A stretch of 64,000 bases of DNA from Podarcis muralis (GCF_964188315.1 NC_135659.1:9176001-9240000); one strand, 5' to 3'. Shown: positions 1 through 13,442, counted from the first letter of the stretch. Translations and numbers: made by a program. Notes: a model not told the origin generated them from the letters alone.

Positions 1-120
1 GGGTCTCACTGTGTGTGCAAATGAGCAAAAGGTTAAGTTGGCATGATACCCTTGGAATAGTGGTCACTGCTGATACCATAACATTCTCTTTTGCAAGTAA
101 AAATTAAAACTTTTGTGATA

Positions 121-402
121 CAGTGGTGCCTCGCAAGACGAAAATAATCCGTTCCACGAGTCTCTTCATCTAGCGGTTTTTTCGTCTTGCGAAGCAACCC
201 TATTAGCGGCTTAGCGCTATTAGCGGCTTAGCGGCTATTAAAGGCTTAGTGGCTTAGCGGCTTAGCGGCTAAAAGGCTATTAGCGGCTTAGTGGCTTAGA
301 AAAAGGGGGGAAATCGTCTTGCGAAGCAACTCAAAAACGGAAAACCCTTTCGTCTAGCGGGTTTTTCGTCTTGTGAGGCATTCGTCTTGCGGGGCACCAC
401 TG
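121..402. mobile_element. Tc1/mariner (Tigger/pogo-like) MITE, family A
   Basis: TIR cagtggtgcctcgcaagacgaa / ttcgtcttgcggggcaccactg, TA flanks, internal agcggct(t/att)a minisatellite. Confidence 0.88.
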
Positions 403-1263
403 TATAACAGTTCTGCAGTCATTACTGAAGTAGTAATTCCAGGTATGAGTTTCAGGTTGAAGTTAAAGATTCTTGTATGAAGAATATTGTACAAACACTT
501 CAGTAGAAAATGCTGGCAATTTTGATAGTTTTAAAATTATTTAAAGTGTCTGTTTGCACTTGTATGGCCCTATAGTCACACATCGTAGTGACTGTTAAGA
601 AATTGCACTTGCAGACTCTTGCCTTGGTAATAAAAACAGAACCGTTCTATCATGTTTTCACAGGTCAGAAGCTGCAGGGTTTAACCTTGGGCATGTAACA
701 ACAGTGGCAATTAATTTCTCAGCTTATTTGTACATGTTACTATGTTCTATGTGTACTAGAGGTTTGGGGGATCTTTAGCAACTGTTGTTTCTCGCAGCTG
801 CTGTGGGCACAGCGGTTCCTAGCCCACTCGTGCTCTTGCGTCGTTTCCAGTAGAATGGGACAAGGCATTTGCTCCTGATGCTCTTGGCATGAGAATTTGC
901 GAGAGGTGTCGGAACCAAAATCTATCCAATAGCTTCCCATAGAGCCTCATTCAGAAGCTCCTTTGTAAATTTTCCAGTGATTTCTTACTGCCAAGCAGTT
1001 GTGCAAAGAAAGCAGCCTAATCTGGTTTTGTCTGTGCAAATTAATACTTAAGCCATGTTCAGATGACTGTCTGTAGATGCATAAATGATTGCTTATGAAG
1101 CTGTGGGTGCACACAGCTTGCCCTTCCTGTGCACAAGCTTTAGTGCCCAAACCCTGGTGTGTATTAAACTGGAGTTCCTTGTTCGGTTTGAATTCAGGGA
1201 ACTCTCGAGTTTATGTCACTATCCTTGTTCGTTAGCTAAAATTAAGCTCAAGCTACACTGTTT

Positions 1264-1620
1264 GGGACAGGGGTGGCGCTGTGGGTTAAACCACAGAGCC
1301 TAGGACTTGCCGATCAGAAGGTCGGCGGTTCGAATCCCCACGACGGGGTGAGCTCCTGTTGCTCGGTCCCTGCTCCTGCCAACCTAGCAGTTTGAAAGCA
1401 CATCAAAATACAAGTAGATAAATAGGTACCGCTCCGGCGGGAAGGTGAACGGAGTTTCCATGCGCTGCTCTGGTTTGCCAGAAGCGGCTTAGTCATGCTG
1501 GCCACATGACCCGGAAGCTGTATGCCGGCTCCCTCGGCCAATAAAGTGAGATGAGTGCCGCAACCCCAGAGTCGTCCGCGACTGGACCTAATGGTCAGGG
1601 GTGCCTTTACCTTTACCCTT
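1264..1620 (+). mobile_element. Sauria SINE, full length
   Basis: tRNA-like head with box A (GGTGGCGCTGTGGGTTAA) and box B (GGTTCGAATCC), ACCTTT-type tail, TSD acactgttt(gg) on both sides. Confidence 0.92.
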
Positions 1621-2617
1621 ACACTGTTTGGTCATAATGTGGAATTCTGAGTTAATGTAAGCCAAAATCTGGATATCAAACACATCCTGTGGTAGAACAC
1701 AGATCTGCTGTTTTAAGAAGTTGTGGACAATTGGTTGTACAGAGCCTTAGTCTGCAGTAAGTGTGTCATGCACACAAATGGGCGTTTTTCATGAAAATTT
1801 GCACTTGCTGAGTTGAGTTCTGTGCTACTGTTGTTACCAGTTAGCTCGAATGTGGCGGGGATCTAAAGGACGGTGATCTTACTGGTTACACATTTACCAA
1901 ATGTGTTAGTCTTTTGTTAGGAAATCAACAAGGTATTGATTGGAACATGTCTGAATCTTCAACAATACAAGCATTATTCTGTATCCCCTGCTTGTTTGTG
2001 TTGTGTACAACTGAGCATCAAGACTAGATAATCTTGATGTTGCCCTTTTAGCGTTTTGTTGTTACAACTAAGCAGGCAGGAAGCGCTGTAATCTAAGGTA
2101 AATGGAGCATGAAATGGTCTAGCTTGAGAGGCGCATAGCTGATTTCAGGCCTTGAGGGGGAAATGGGATGAGATAGAGAAAAATCTGTTTTTACTATTAG
2201 TTCAAATTCCCTCCAGCCATCATGGTTGAAGAAGTGTCTGACAGCAAACATTTCTATTGGTGGTCCTTGATGCTGAACACGTTTCCTACACTTGGTATAT
2301 TTGTAGGCAGGATACTCAACAATATTTCACTTTTTACATCACTCACCTTACAAAAATATGTGATGTTGTTACCAATTTTATTACCAATTGCCAACACTGT
2401 ACAGCTCCATTTATCCAAAAACTGTATGATGGCCAAATGATTCTATCAATCAGGAACATATAATGAACAAAGGATTTACATAGTTACACTGCCACAGATC
2501 TGTCCTATAATGCTGGATAATTTGATCATTTCTATAGAAGAGAACATGCTATCATTTTCTGTAACTACGTTTTCTGGTGACTAAATGTGTATGACACTTT
2601 TTCTTTTTCTTTTGCAG

Positions 2618-2783
2618 TTTCGGGTGTTCACTGCCCCCTTCCATAAGGTGGGCTTTGCAGATTTCTGGCTGGCCGACCAGCTTAATAGTCTGGCTGTGAT
2701 ACTTATGGACCTTGAATACATGATTTGTTTCTATAGCTTTGAGCTCCAGTGGGCAGCCAATGATGCATTGCTGGCAGATCCAG
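2618..2783 (+). CDS. XPR1: XPR1 coding exon (approx. human exon 10): [25 protein letters not shown]...LLADP
   Basis: Translation matches the XPR1 EXS domain. Polypyrimidine tract plus ttgcag acceptor and cag|gtatgt donor. 166 nt, ending in phase 1, compatible with the next exon. Confidence 0.97.
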
Positions 2784-3261
2784 GTATGTCAATTAGAAGG
2801 GAGCTTCATTAACGGCCATGTGCAGGCAAATTTAGGCTTATTTGCTTAGTGGAAAACCATAACAAATATAGGCATTTGGCATGCAGTCAAAAAAACTACA
2901 ACCCCACATATTTACTTGGTGTGTGGGAATGGTGTTTGTTTATAGCACCTAATTAGGAACTTAAAGTTTATAGGAAAGTGCTTCTGATAAGCTAGGTTTT
3001 AAGGTCCAGTTCAGGGTGGTGTTGTGGTCGAATTGTTGGTGGTGTGTTTGCTTCATTTGTTTGCTAAGTTTCCATGCCATGACTTCACGTGATAAGGCAT
3101 TGATATGAAATATCCCTGGAATGGAGAAGCATTAGATTAATAATGTCGGGCCGTTGCTTGAACCACAAAGCTACTTTCCTTTGGTAAAATGAGACAATTT
3201 CAAGAGGAAACTACAGGACGTATTTTGCCTTGCATTTAGAAGCTTGTCTTTATTTTTGCAG

Positions 3262-3456
3262 TTGGTCAGATCTGCAACACCTATGCCTATGGAGTGCGAG
3301 CAGTTGTCCAGTGCATTCCTGCGTGGTTGAGATTCGTCCAGTGCCTGCGCCGATACCGTGACACCAAGCGGGCCTTTCCCCACCTTGTTAATGCTGGCAA
3401 ATACTCCACAACCTTCTTTATGGTGACATTTGCAGCCCTTTACAGCACTCATAAAG
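3262..3456 (+). CDS. XPR1: XPR1 coding exon (approx. exon 11): (V)[24 protein letters not shown]...AALYSTHK
   Basis: tttttgcag acceptor and aag|gtactg donor. Frame continues from the previous exon. Contains the conserved CLRRYRD and LVNAGKYS motifs. Confidence 0.97.
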
Positions 3457-4014
3457 GTACTGGTTTGAGAGCCTTTGCTGGTCAGTTTGATTCTTCTACT
3501 TGATTCTTCAACATCTTATTTCTCAGAATCGTTGGCAGTGTATATTTATGGGACACAGAAGAGAAACCGTTGCAGAATTCAGGGGCTACAGGTTAAGACT
3601 CAATCATAGCTTCTGGGGAAATAGTTCACTTGCCTTTCAATCCCCCCACACATTTCACTATGGACTGTGTTTAAACTTGAGCATGGCTCAATAAATTCAA
3701 GTTAGTTCTTCATGCCCACCGTTTAAAACACTTGTATTTATTTCTGTATAGTCGGAGTACCACAATTTCTCTCTTCCCAAATTACTATTTATACAAGGCC
3801 GTGGTTACTTTACAGATGCTTAGTAAGTCCATCCTCCCAATAAGTTTGTGATCAAAGTTTTAACAGTGGAGAAACTAAGGGAAGAGATGAGGGTAGCAGC
3901 AGGTGAACATGAGTAAATGCAGTTAAATGTCTTTAAAATAGGAATCATAAAATGAATTCTAAATCTATTAGACCTGCAAGTTGGCCCCAGAAAAGAATTA
4001 TTTGTTTCTCTTTA

Positions 4015-4094
4015 ACAATTAAGATCATACTAGAAGTAATTCTGTTGAATTCAATGGAATTCACACTCAGGAAAGTAGGGTTAGGATTGCAGCC
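4015..4094. mobile_element. Degenerate short palindromic interspersed repeat (ttgaattcaatg core); similar copy near 50745-50835
   Basis: Self-complementary core ending ggattgcagcc, recurring in the window. Confidence 0.4.
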
Positions 4095-5126
4095 TATATG
4101 GAATTTATATTTATGCAGTCTACACCATCTTAAGCATCTCAGGGAAACTTGTAAACCATCATTGCCATTTCCTAGATTTAGGAAAATTTGTGAGGGTAAA
4201 AAATCATGGTTGCAAAACATTTCCTATCAAGGTAGGAAAAGATCCCTCCCCTCATATGTTTTTGCTGTGAACAAAAATGGTTTAGCTGCTAGATATTGGA
4301 AAAAAAATTAACAATGGTTCAAGACTATGTTTTGTAATTAACCACCTTTTTAGGATGGGCGTTAACAGTGCTGGATAAAACTGAAAAGTGACCATAATCG
4401 TACGAGTGTTGAGAAATGTTCCCAGTGCCTTTTGACTTCCAGGTGTAATTTTTACTCAGAATGATGGGCAATTGCTTCCAAGCCATTAATCTGCAGATTG
4501 AGGTATCTGAACCAACATATTTCCACATCTCCGTGGAAACCACAGTGATTTGCTTTTGCTGTTCTTGCAGAAGAATAAGGCTTTTTCTTCCTTGTGCTTT
4601 AGGCAGTCATGGTGCTTGTCTTTGTTCTTTTCCCCTCAACTCCCATATGAGTCAAGAGATTTCAGACTCCCTTTAAAACACATGCTGATTTATCCACACA
4701 TGTAGGCAAAAGTACATGTTTTGAGTAATCTGCATGCTTGTAGGTACAACAAAAGCAGAATTTGAGCTGCAGAATCTCAACTTTTTAAAATAGCCCTCCG
4801 GTAAGCTTCTAAATCTCCTCCTCCTCTTCAGGTTCAGCACAACAAATTGTGCCACCTAAGGCAGGGGGTGGCTCCTACCACACACATAAAACACACACAC
4901 AGCAAGCACAACGATACACACTTTTATTTCTGCCCTCTGACAGTCCCCATCTCCTCTTTGCAGCACCAGTGCTGTCTCCTTCTGGAGGGCTTGTCTGGGG
5001 AAGAGGGAGTTTTCGCTTTAGCACTAGAACCTTGGTGATGGAGTTAAGAATAAAAAAAACACCCCAGTCCTTTCCACTCATACATGTGCACAGCACATTT
5101 CTTTAGGATGTGCACCCAGATAATTG

Positions 5127-5385
5127 CCATATTTTTTGCTCTATAAGACTCACTTTTTCCCTTCTAAAAAGTAAGGGGAAATTTGTGTGCGTCTTACGGA
5201 GCGAATGGAGGCTGTGCAGCTATCCCAGAAGCTAGAACAGCAAGAGGGATCGCTGCTTTCACTGCACAGCGATCCCTCTTGCTGTTCTGGCTTCTGAGAT
5301 TCAGATTTTTTTTCTTCTTGTTTTCTGCCTCCAAAAACTAGGTGCGTCTTGTGGTCTGGTGCGTCTTATACAGCGAAAAATACGG
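5127..5385. mobile_element. Tc2-like (TcMar) MITE, family C
   Basis: TIR cc(g/a)tattttt.gctctataagac / gtcttatacagcgaaaaatacgg. Same interior as copies at 28105 and 52675. Confidence 0.85.
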
Positions 5386-6312
5386 TGTTTATTTCAACAG
5401 AGGAAGGAAAGGGGGCAGGAACGACAAGACAAACAAATAAGCAGGTAAAGAGGCAAAAAAACTAACAAAAGGACCACAACAAGAGTGGTCAAGAAGTCAA
5501 AACAGGAGTTTTTCCTGCAGAGAAAAATGCCCAAGCTAAGCAGACAAGAAGCAGGGCAGATTTGGAGTGCGGAATGGCTTCTCCCTCTTCCTTACCTGCA
5601 TGTCACAAAAGTAGCCCCTCGCTCCCAACTTTCTCTCTATCTCCACATAAGTGACAAGTAGCTCATAGCAACTGAGGGAGTTGGATTGGGTTGCTGCACC
5701 ATACACTCTTTCTTATCATTTTGGATGTTTAAATTTCTATTTTCTTAACATTGCAGTGTCACAGAAGACCGGTTTATACAACAAACTATGTGGCATTTAA
5801 TACTCTGTGACTGACACTGTTTCACAATGTATTTTTGCACAGATTTTGCATTGCTGCCTGAAAAAATACTCAGTTGGCTGCCGTTTCATAGTTTTCCAAC
5901 TTAGGCTTCTCAAAAGCTTTGGGATAAATGTTAGGTCTAATATTTGCCTGAAATAATTGTCATCAAAATTGGTTAAGCTGCGGCTTTAACAGCTTAGTTA
6001 TGCTGATAAGGAGATGTTTTTGGTCATATTGACTGCTACTCTTGACTTTAGGCTTCAAAGTTGGATTCCTTAAGTATAAATAGACTTGTCTTCAGTGGGT
6101 CAAAACATATCAGGACTCAAAAACAAAACACATTTCCCTCAAGTAGTCTCATAAGTTGGGAGATCTCTCTGATTAAGAGGAATCATTCCAATAATAGAGC
6201 ATCTTTAGCTTATTTTATTATAATTGAAAGCTCCATTATAACGTGTGCCTTTCGAGCTGCGTTCATCTCTGTGTTTCTTTAGCCTGATTAGCCAGAAACT
6301 AATAGCCTAGTT

Positions 6313-6694
6313 GAAGAATTGATGCTTTTGAATTATGGTGCTGGGGGAGACTCTTGAGAGTCCCATGGACTGCAAGAAGATCAAACGTCTCCATTCTGAA
6401 GGAAATCAGCCCTGAGTGCTCCCTGGAAGGACAGATCCTGAAGCTGAGGCTCCAATACTTTGGCCGCCTCATGAGAAGAGAAGACTCCCTGGAAAACACC
6501 TTGATGTTGGGAAAGATGGAGGGCACAAGGAGAAGGGGATGACAGAGGACAAGATGGTAGGACAGTGTTCTCGAAGCTACCAGCATGAGTTTGACCAAAC
6601 TGCGGGAGGCAGTGGAAGACAGGAGTGCCTGGCGTGCTCTGGTCCCGGGGGTCACGAAGAGTCGGACACGACTAAACGACTAAACAACAAGAGC
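6313..6694 (+). mobile_element. RTE-BovB LINE 3' fragment
   Basis: Encodes DAFELWC..RLLRVPWTARRSN, has a CAA tail, and a perfect 12-bp TSD aatagcctagtt (6301-6312 / 6695-6706). Confidence 0.93.
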
Positions 6695-7877
6695 AATAGC
6701 CTAGTTCAGAGCTGGTAGTGAAATGCCAGGGTAGTACCGATAGAGGGAAGCACCCCAGGTCATCAGTGTGGTATAATAGGGAGAAATGGAAGGTGATGTG
6801 AAATTGGGAAGTCAGCCCTTTGCCATTAAGAATGGATGTGCTTCTAAAGGGGCGTTAGTATGAAAACCCGGGGAGGGGACCTTGTTGCTTACTGCTCGAA
6901 TTGTGCAAAAGAACAGGCCTGTGATGGTTGCCATGGTGACAGAAGTATGTTCATTATTTTTTCAAAGGCCTCCCACCCCATTACGCTCTTATACGCAGTT
7001 GCTAGCTTCAGGGAGAAGGGGGAGGGGGGCTCCCAGCCACCAGCCTAGAAACCAATAATCCTCTTTATGGAAGGTCAGGTTGCTGTTGGCTGCCATCATC
7101 TCTTTGTGTAGGAGCCGCTGAACATGTTACAGCTGTTCTGGTGGAATTGTTTTCCTTCATTGATTGTTGCAGTCAAGGAAATTTCTGGCTTTTTCCCAGA
7201 GTCTGATTCTCACGCGCATATTTGTATAGATTAGCTAGACTCCTTTGGGACAGAGTTTTGAACAGCCACATCAAGCACTTAAGCTGCATTATCTATGGCA
7301 GCCATCCAAGCACATTTATGCGTGTAATTGTGACTGAAATTAGTAGGACTTGCTGCATATCATGCGTTTAGCCTGGGATACTGGAAAGTTTTACCCATAG
7401 GAGTGCAAGAGGAGATAATTCTTTGTGTAGGATATTAGCAGTTTTTTTCTTGAAACTTGTTGCTTCTGGTAAAACATTTACCCTTCAAAATCAACAGCCA
7501 AGGTTGTAGTGCGCTCTCTTCTCATTCAGCCTTGTAACTAAAACATGTCAATGGATATGAATCCCTCTCAAACCATTACTTGTAGGGATGGTATCCTACT
7601 AGATGTTGTTGTTTTGTTTGTATTCCCCAATATCCTGAGCTGCGGAATGTTACATAGGAGCCTCAATTATTGTGATTTTTTCAATAGCTTCTCAGAAGCT
7701 TTCTAAGAGGAGGAAAGCAGAGAGGCAAGCACATATGCAGTGCTAGAAACCCTAAAGTCAGACAGAAATTTATCTTGTAAATTTTCCATCTAGCTTCAAA
7801 CCCTAAACCGTTTATTTGACCAAACTGAAACCACACAATTATTCATTTTACCTTCCACCGCGCCAAGTCTATGTATC

Positions 7878-8112
7878 TCAAGTATCTTGGATCTCAAACG
7901 CCTTGGCTCCCGAACCAATTGGCTCCCGAATGATCAAAACATGGAAGTGAGTGTTCCGGTTTTTGAACGATTTTTGGAAGCTGAACATTTGGCGCAGCTT
8001 CCGATTGGCTGCAGGATGCTCCCAATTGGAAGTTGTGCCTTGGTTTTCGAACGGTTCTGGGGGTTGAACAGACTCCCGGAAATCATTCTGTTCGAGAAAC
8101 AAGGTACGACTG
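7878..8112. mobile_element. Tigger/pogo-like MITE, family D, left end degenerate
   Basis: Right end gagaaacaaggtacgactg|ta and a degenerate matching left end (agtatcttggatctcaaac). Confidence 0.65.
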
Positions 8113-9002
8113 TACTATTTTCTGACGTAGTAACATTTGTTGCTAAATTGTCATCTGCAGATAATTATTACATTTAATATAAGAGGACAAATTTCTACTA
8201 TCGCTTCTACTTTATACTGGCTTTGTACTTCCTTCTGCATATGTTGATTATCTTCTAAAATAAATAATAAGGCATGTATGCATTCTGGATAGCTCCCTTT
8301 TACATTTTTTGAAGCAAAGTCTACTCTATATGGCTGCGGGGAAAAGTTTGACTGACTGGGTGATAATCAACTGCCTTGTTTGGTCTGCACAAGAACTTCC
8401 ATTTGCACAGTGGGACTTCCCCTCTCCCCCCCCCACCCCTGCCCCCTTCCCATATCTGCTCCAGAGGGTTGAAGTAACATCTAGAACAGATTTAGGGCCA
8501 GGGGGAAGAGGGGGTTGAAAACCCATTGTAGAAGCAGAAAGCCTTTGCATTGATGGGCCACCTTACTTTGAATACAAGCCACTGTCCTGCATCTGTGTGG
8601 ATGAGAAAATGGGTCTTTCATTGTTTTGTGGGTGCTTCCCCCCCATAATCTATTGCCAAATAATTCTGAATTATTTTAAAGCACAGATGAGCTGCTTATT
8701 CCAGAAACCAGTCAAATTGAAAATTTGAGCCACTGCCTTGACTTTGATACATTTTTTAAAAGATCTAAACAATAGAAGTGAGATGTCAGCAACTTGAAAA
8801 TATACTAAATCATCCCAGATCTATTTCAGGCTGTTGCATAACCATCTATTTTTTTCATTAAATGGGTTCCAGCAACCAACAGTAATTAAGATGGGGAGAA
8901 TCTCTTAACCAAACAGCTTGATTAAGTTAGCTATTACAACATCTATAAGTGAATTACCTTTTTCATCTCTTAAATTGTGTGGCCTTTTCTTAACACCCTT
9001 AT

Positions 9003-9222
9003 CTATTATAATAATTACGAATGATTATACAAACTTAACTGGAAGAATTAAACAGTGCTTTGGAAACTAGCACCCTTGAAAGCAATGGCTTTCAAATTGT
9101 TCTGAAGAAACCTATTATAATAATTACGAATGATTATACAAACTTAACTGGAAGAATTAAACAGTGCTTTGGAAACTAGCACCCTTGAAAGCAATGGCTT
9201 TCAAATTGTTCTGAAGAAACCT
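9003..9222. repeat. Perfect 109-bp direct tandem duplication
   Basis: 9003-9111 is repeated at 9112-9220, with ct microhomology at the junction. Confidence 0.95.
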
Positions 9223-9725
9223 GGGACTCTCAGGAGCTTGTCAGGGTTCCTGAATTAAAAAATAATTTGCCCACATGTTATTTATTCATTAATAAACAGG
9301 GCCAGAGGAGTATTCGATTTCTTCTGAGTCACTCCCTTAGTGCACACAAGGCAACAGTGAATCCAAACCAATTACTTACAAGCCAATAATTTTTAAAAGG
9401 CACCCAATTTTTTTTTCTGTGAGAGCTGTCTGATATTTATTCAGAATGTTTATATTCTGCTTTACAGCCTCAAGAGGCTCTCAGAGCAACTTATGAAAGA
9501 TTTGCACAATACAATCGCATTCAAGAAAATTAGTACATGTTGTTTATTTTGTAAAATTTATATACCACTTCATAGTTTATTTAAAAAAAACCTCACAGCC
9601 ACACTTCAAAACATAAAAAGCCTTTAAGGTTTTTAAACATTTATTGTGTGTTTTTAGTTGTATCTGTTTTATTTTTTGCTGTGGGCTGACTTTGGTTCTG
9701 CCCTGGGAGAATTATGAGCCATTAA

Positions 9726-9761
9726 ATACATACATACATACATACATACATACATACATAC
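9726..9761. repeat. (ATAC)n microsatellite
   Basis: About nine tetranucleotide units, read directly. Confidence 0.9.
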
Positions 9762-9769
9762 TCATACCG

Positions 9770-11270
9770 GCAGCCAGTGTGCCCAGCCATTAGTGCCCAT
9801 CAGCACCCTGGCTACTGCATTCTGTACCACTTGAAGCTTCCAAACAGTCTTCAAGGGGAGCCCCATATAGAGCACAGCACAATTGTACTAGGTGTGGGTC
9901 ACTGAAGCCAAGCTGTCTATCCAGTAACAGCCATAGTTGGTGAACTATGGGGAGCCAGAAATAGGCACTCCTAACCAATAAAGACATGTGTGCCTCAAGC
10001 AACAGTGCTGAATCAAGGAGCTCCCCCATGCTATGAACCTGAGCTCTCCAAGGAAATGGCATCCCATCTGGAATTGGTTATGTACTCACTTCCTAGACCT
10101 GAAAACTTGTGACACGTAGCACCTCCATCTTGTTTGGATTCAATTTCACTTTACTAGCCCACACCCAGCCCACTGCAACCTTGAAGAAGCAGTCTAGCAC
10201 CTGCACAGCCTCTTCTGGTTCAGATGGTATGGAGAGATAGAGCTGTGTGTCATCAGCTTAGCGATACATCACTCCAAAATCCCAGATCACGTCCCCTGAT
10301 GGTTTCATATAGACATTGGAACGGCATGGAGGGCAGTATTGGCCTCATGGGACACCACAAGTTAACTTTCCTGGTGCAAAGTAATCGTTTCCCATTGCAC
10401 ACTAGAAGTCACCTGGAAGGCAGTAGGAAAACCACTGCAATACCTCCAGCTCTCAACACACAGAGCCAATCCGGGTCCATAGTATCAAAAGCCGCTGAGA
10501 GGTCAACAGAGTAGCACTCCCCACTGTCCCTCTTCCAATGCAAATTTCATCAGCCAGGTCAACCAAGGCAGTTTCAGTGCTATATCTGGGCCTGAGCCCA
10601 TATGGAAAAGGTCCAGATAATTCACTTATTCTGAGCATGCCTGTAGTTGAACTGCGACCACTCTCTTGAACACCTTGCCTAAGGTGGAAATATTAACAGT
10701 TGCATAATAGCTCTTCAACAATTCCTGGTCCAGGGAGGTCTTCTTAAGGAGAAGGCGAACCACTGCCTCTTTAACGGGGGGTGGGGGGGCAATACCTTCC
10801 CCACCTGCATTGGGGCATGAACCCTTCCAGTTAACCTTCTCTGGCTTGCTTCTGTGAGCCTGATGGACAAGGGACAAGAAGTTTGGTGATCAGCTGGGCC
10901 CCTTCAATAGCTTGTCCATATGATTAGGCTACAGTTGAAACAGAAACAGACATTGCTCGGAATATGTCCAGATGAATCCTAACAATAGCTTCAAATCCCT
11001 TCATATTTGGGTGATTGAAGTACCTTGCAAGCTTCTCATGGCAGGCTACTACTGATGGTTCAAAATGAACCCTCCTTCTGGCCTGAAGTTACTAGTTTTC
11101 TAACTACTTGGAAGAGCTCTGCTGAATGGCTACTGCTCTGGATTGGCGCTTGCTTGAGTACCCAGGTGAGTAGAGCTGAGTCAAAACAGGGCCTCCCACT
11201 TGATCCAGGTCTCAGTGATGCTTGCCAAGCCAGCCCCCTCATCCACAATCAAGTCATGGGTGAAAGATGA
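9770..11270 (-). mobile_element. Degenerate L2 (CR1-clade) LINE ORF2 fragment
   Basis: Minus-strand peptide remnants GLRPRYSTETALVDL (cf. GFRP.HSTETAL) and LLDSALLLEAHMS...ALYGAPLE (cf. LD..L.LEAQVS...NALY.GLPL), with frameshifts. Confidence 0.75.
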
Positions 11271-12188
11271 CTCTTTTTGGACCAAAATAAGCACCACCAA
11301 ACTAAAGGTTCGACTGACATGCTCCACCAAATTCTGATGGTTGAGGGATAGCACAGAAGAAGTAATGGTTTTAATATATCTTACAACCTATTCACATGAT
11401 GGTTAAACTTTATGGAGGTCATGTTCCTCCATTTAAAGGCCCTGTCTTTGTGTGTGATAGAAAGGCAACCAAAATGGAAGAAATCCAGGTATCCAGTTAA
11501 TTGAAAATAATCACATGATAACATGGCCGTGTGAATCTTTTTTGAATACCAAAAGCTTACTAATTGAGTACTTAATTATGACAGGTGCCCGATGGAGCGA
11601 GGCGTAATTTCTGCCTCCTTGCAATGAAATTATTTTCAGTGGCTTTATAACTCAGGACAGCTGAATTTTAATAGCTGCAAAGGCAGCAAAGTCTGATAAA
11701 TGCTGTTTATGTTGCTTAATAGGGTCCGCCAATGGACCCTGTGAAGACTTGAGGGTACATGTGAACAAGGTGTGAACAGAAAGACCAATGTGCTGAGTTT
11801 CCAGTTCTTAGGAATTCAGGAGGGGAAAGGTCTAATCCTTATCAAACACATTGGGGAGGGGAAAAAACCTTAAAGCCACTTACTGAACGTAGTAAATTAT
11901 TTTCAAAGAGCTTAGAACTGCTGGATGTGCAGACACAAATCCCGTCTTAAAATAATGGCTTAAATTAAATGTTTCATTTTCTTTTCTACAGGACTTTCAG
12001 TAAATTAGCTTAAACATGTGATACCTACGTAACTGTTACATTCCTAGCAGAGTGCCTGTTCATCATCATATTGGGGGTGGGGGAGCAGCAGCAGCAGCTT
12101 ATAATTATTGAGATTTTGTCCTTCTTGTGAAAAAGGCTAACTTAGGAAAATCCATTTCCGCCCCCTTCCGTTCATTAATTCTAAAGTA

Positions 12189-12402
12189 CAGTGGTACCTC
12201 GGGTTAAGAACTTAATTCGTTCTGGAGGTCCGTTCTTAACCTGAAGCACCACTTTAGCTAATGGAGCCTCCCACTGCTGCTGCACGATTTCTGTTCTCAT
12301 CCTGAAGCAAAGTTCTTAACCCGAGGTACTATTTCTGGGTTAGCAGAGTCTGTAACCTGAAGCCTCTGTAACCTGAAACGACTGTAACCCGAGGTACCAC
12401 TG
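12189..12402. mobile_element. Tigger/pogo-like MITE, family B
   Basis: TIR cagtggtacctcgggtta / taacccgaggtaccactg, TA flanks. Confidence 0.9.
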
Positions 12403-12567
12403 TACACTCTGCTAGGAGGTCGGATACATGTGCAGTTTGCATGAATGTGGGGCACAGAGGAGTGGGACAGCTACTGAAGCCTCAATCATTCAGAATTTCA
12501 CAAGAGGCTGAGTGGATGCTGCTTCGAAACAACTTAGAGCTGCTAAACAGTAAGGAAAGGATTAGGC

Positions 12568-12699
12568 CAGGCATAGGCAAACTCAGCCCTCCAGATGTTT
12601 TGGGACTACAATTCCCATCATCCCTTACCCCTGGTCCTGTTAGCTAGGGACCATGGGAGTTGTAGGCCTAAAACATCTAGAGGGCCGAGTTTGCCTATG
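12568..12699. mobile_element. Fold-back hAT-like MITE (ggactacaa.tcccatcatccc family)
   Basis: Arms caggcataggcaaactc / gagtttgcctatg. Near-palindromic interior, same family as 36714. Confidence 0.75.
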
Positions 12700-12719
12700 G
12701 GGATGGGAAGAGGAAAATG

Positions 12720-12861
12720 NNNNNNNNNNNNNNNNNNNNNNNNNNNNNNNNNNNNNNNNNNNNNNNNNNNNNNNNNNNNNNNNNNNNNNNNNNNNNNNNN
12801 NNNNNNNNNNNNNNNNNNNNNNNNNNNNNNNNNNNNNNNNNNNNNNNNNNNNNNNNNNNNN
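12720..12861. other. Assembly gap (142 N)
   Basis: Run of N bases. Confidence 0.99.
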
Positions 12862-13442
12862 ATGGAGTGAGGAAGTGGCACACAGACAGAGAACCATTTA
12901 AAGAGTGAGCAGGCACACCAAGAGAAAGGTTGAAGGTCCCAAAGGCCCTTCACCATGAACTCTTATGCACACAAGAATCAACAGACACAGGGATCAACAG
13001 ATTTTCCTGCTGACTCAGGAAGCTTAGGAAAATCTTTAATACGCGTGCCGAGGCTCCAAGAGCCTTGCAAGCCATGTTAGGGTGCCTGTTTTCTCCATCA
13101 TTGCTGCTCCTACAAGGTTTTTGGGAGTTGTGGGTGAGAAGACTTTCTCAAAGGCCACATTTGCATGTAAAGATGAGCCTGACTATTTGGCTTATTGTAG
13201 TTTTTAAGGATTCAGCATGGTAAACCAGAAAAAATTAGCTTCATCTGAACCAGAGATCATGATATTTCATTAAAAATTATACAGTGCTTGATTGTAAAAA
13301 AAAAAAAAAAGAGCCCTCAAAGCTGGTTACAAAAAAAGTTAATAAAATTATCAAAACAACAATAATTTAAAACTTTCAAAAAGTTGAAATATCAATAGAC
13401 TAAAAACAGATTAAAACTTGCATCCGTTTTCTAAACATCCTA

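Noticed and set aside
1264-1345. tRNA gene
   Set aside because: Box A and B are present, but they form the head of a Sauria SINE with body, tail and TSD; there is no full cloverleaf.
12595-12956. ORFs spanning the N run
   Set aside because: Artefacts of translating through the assembly gap.
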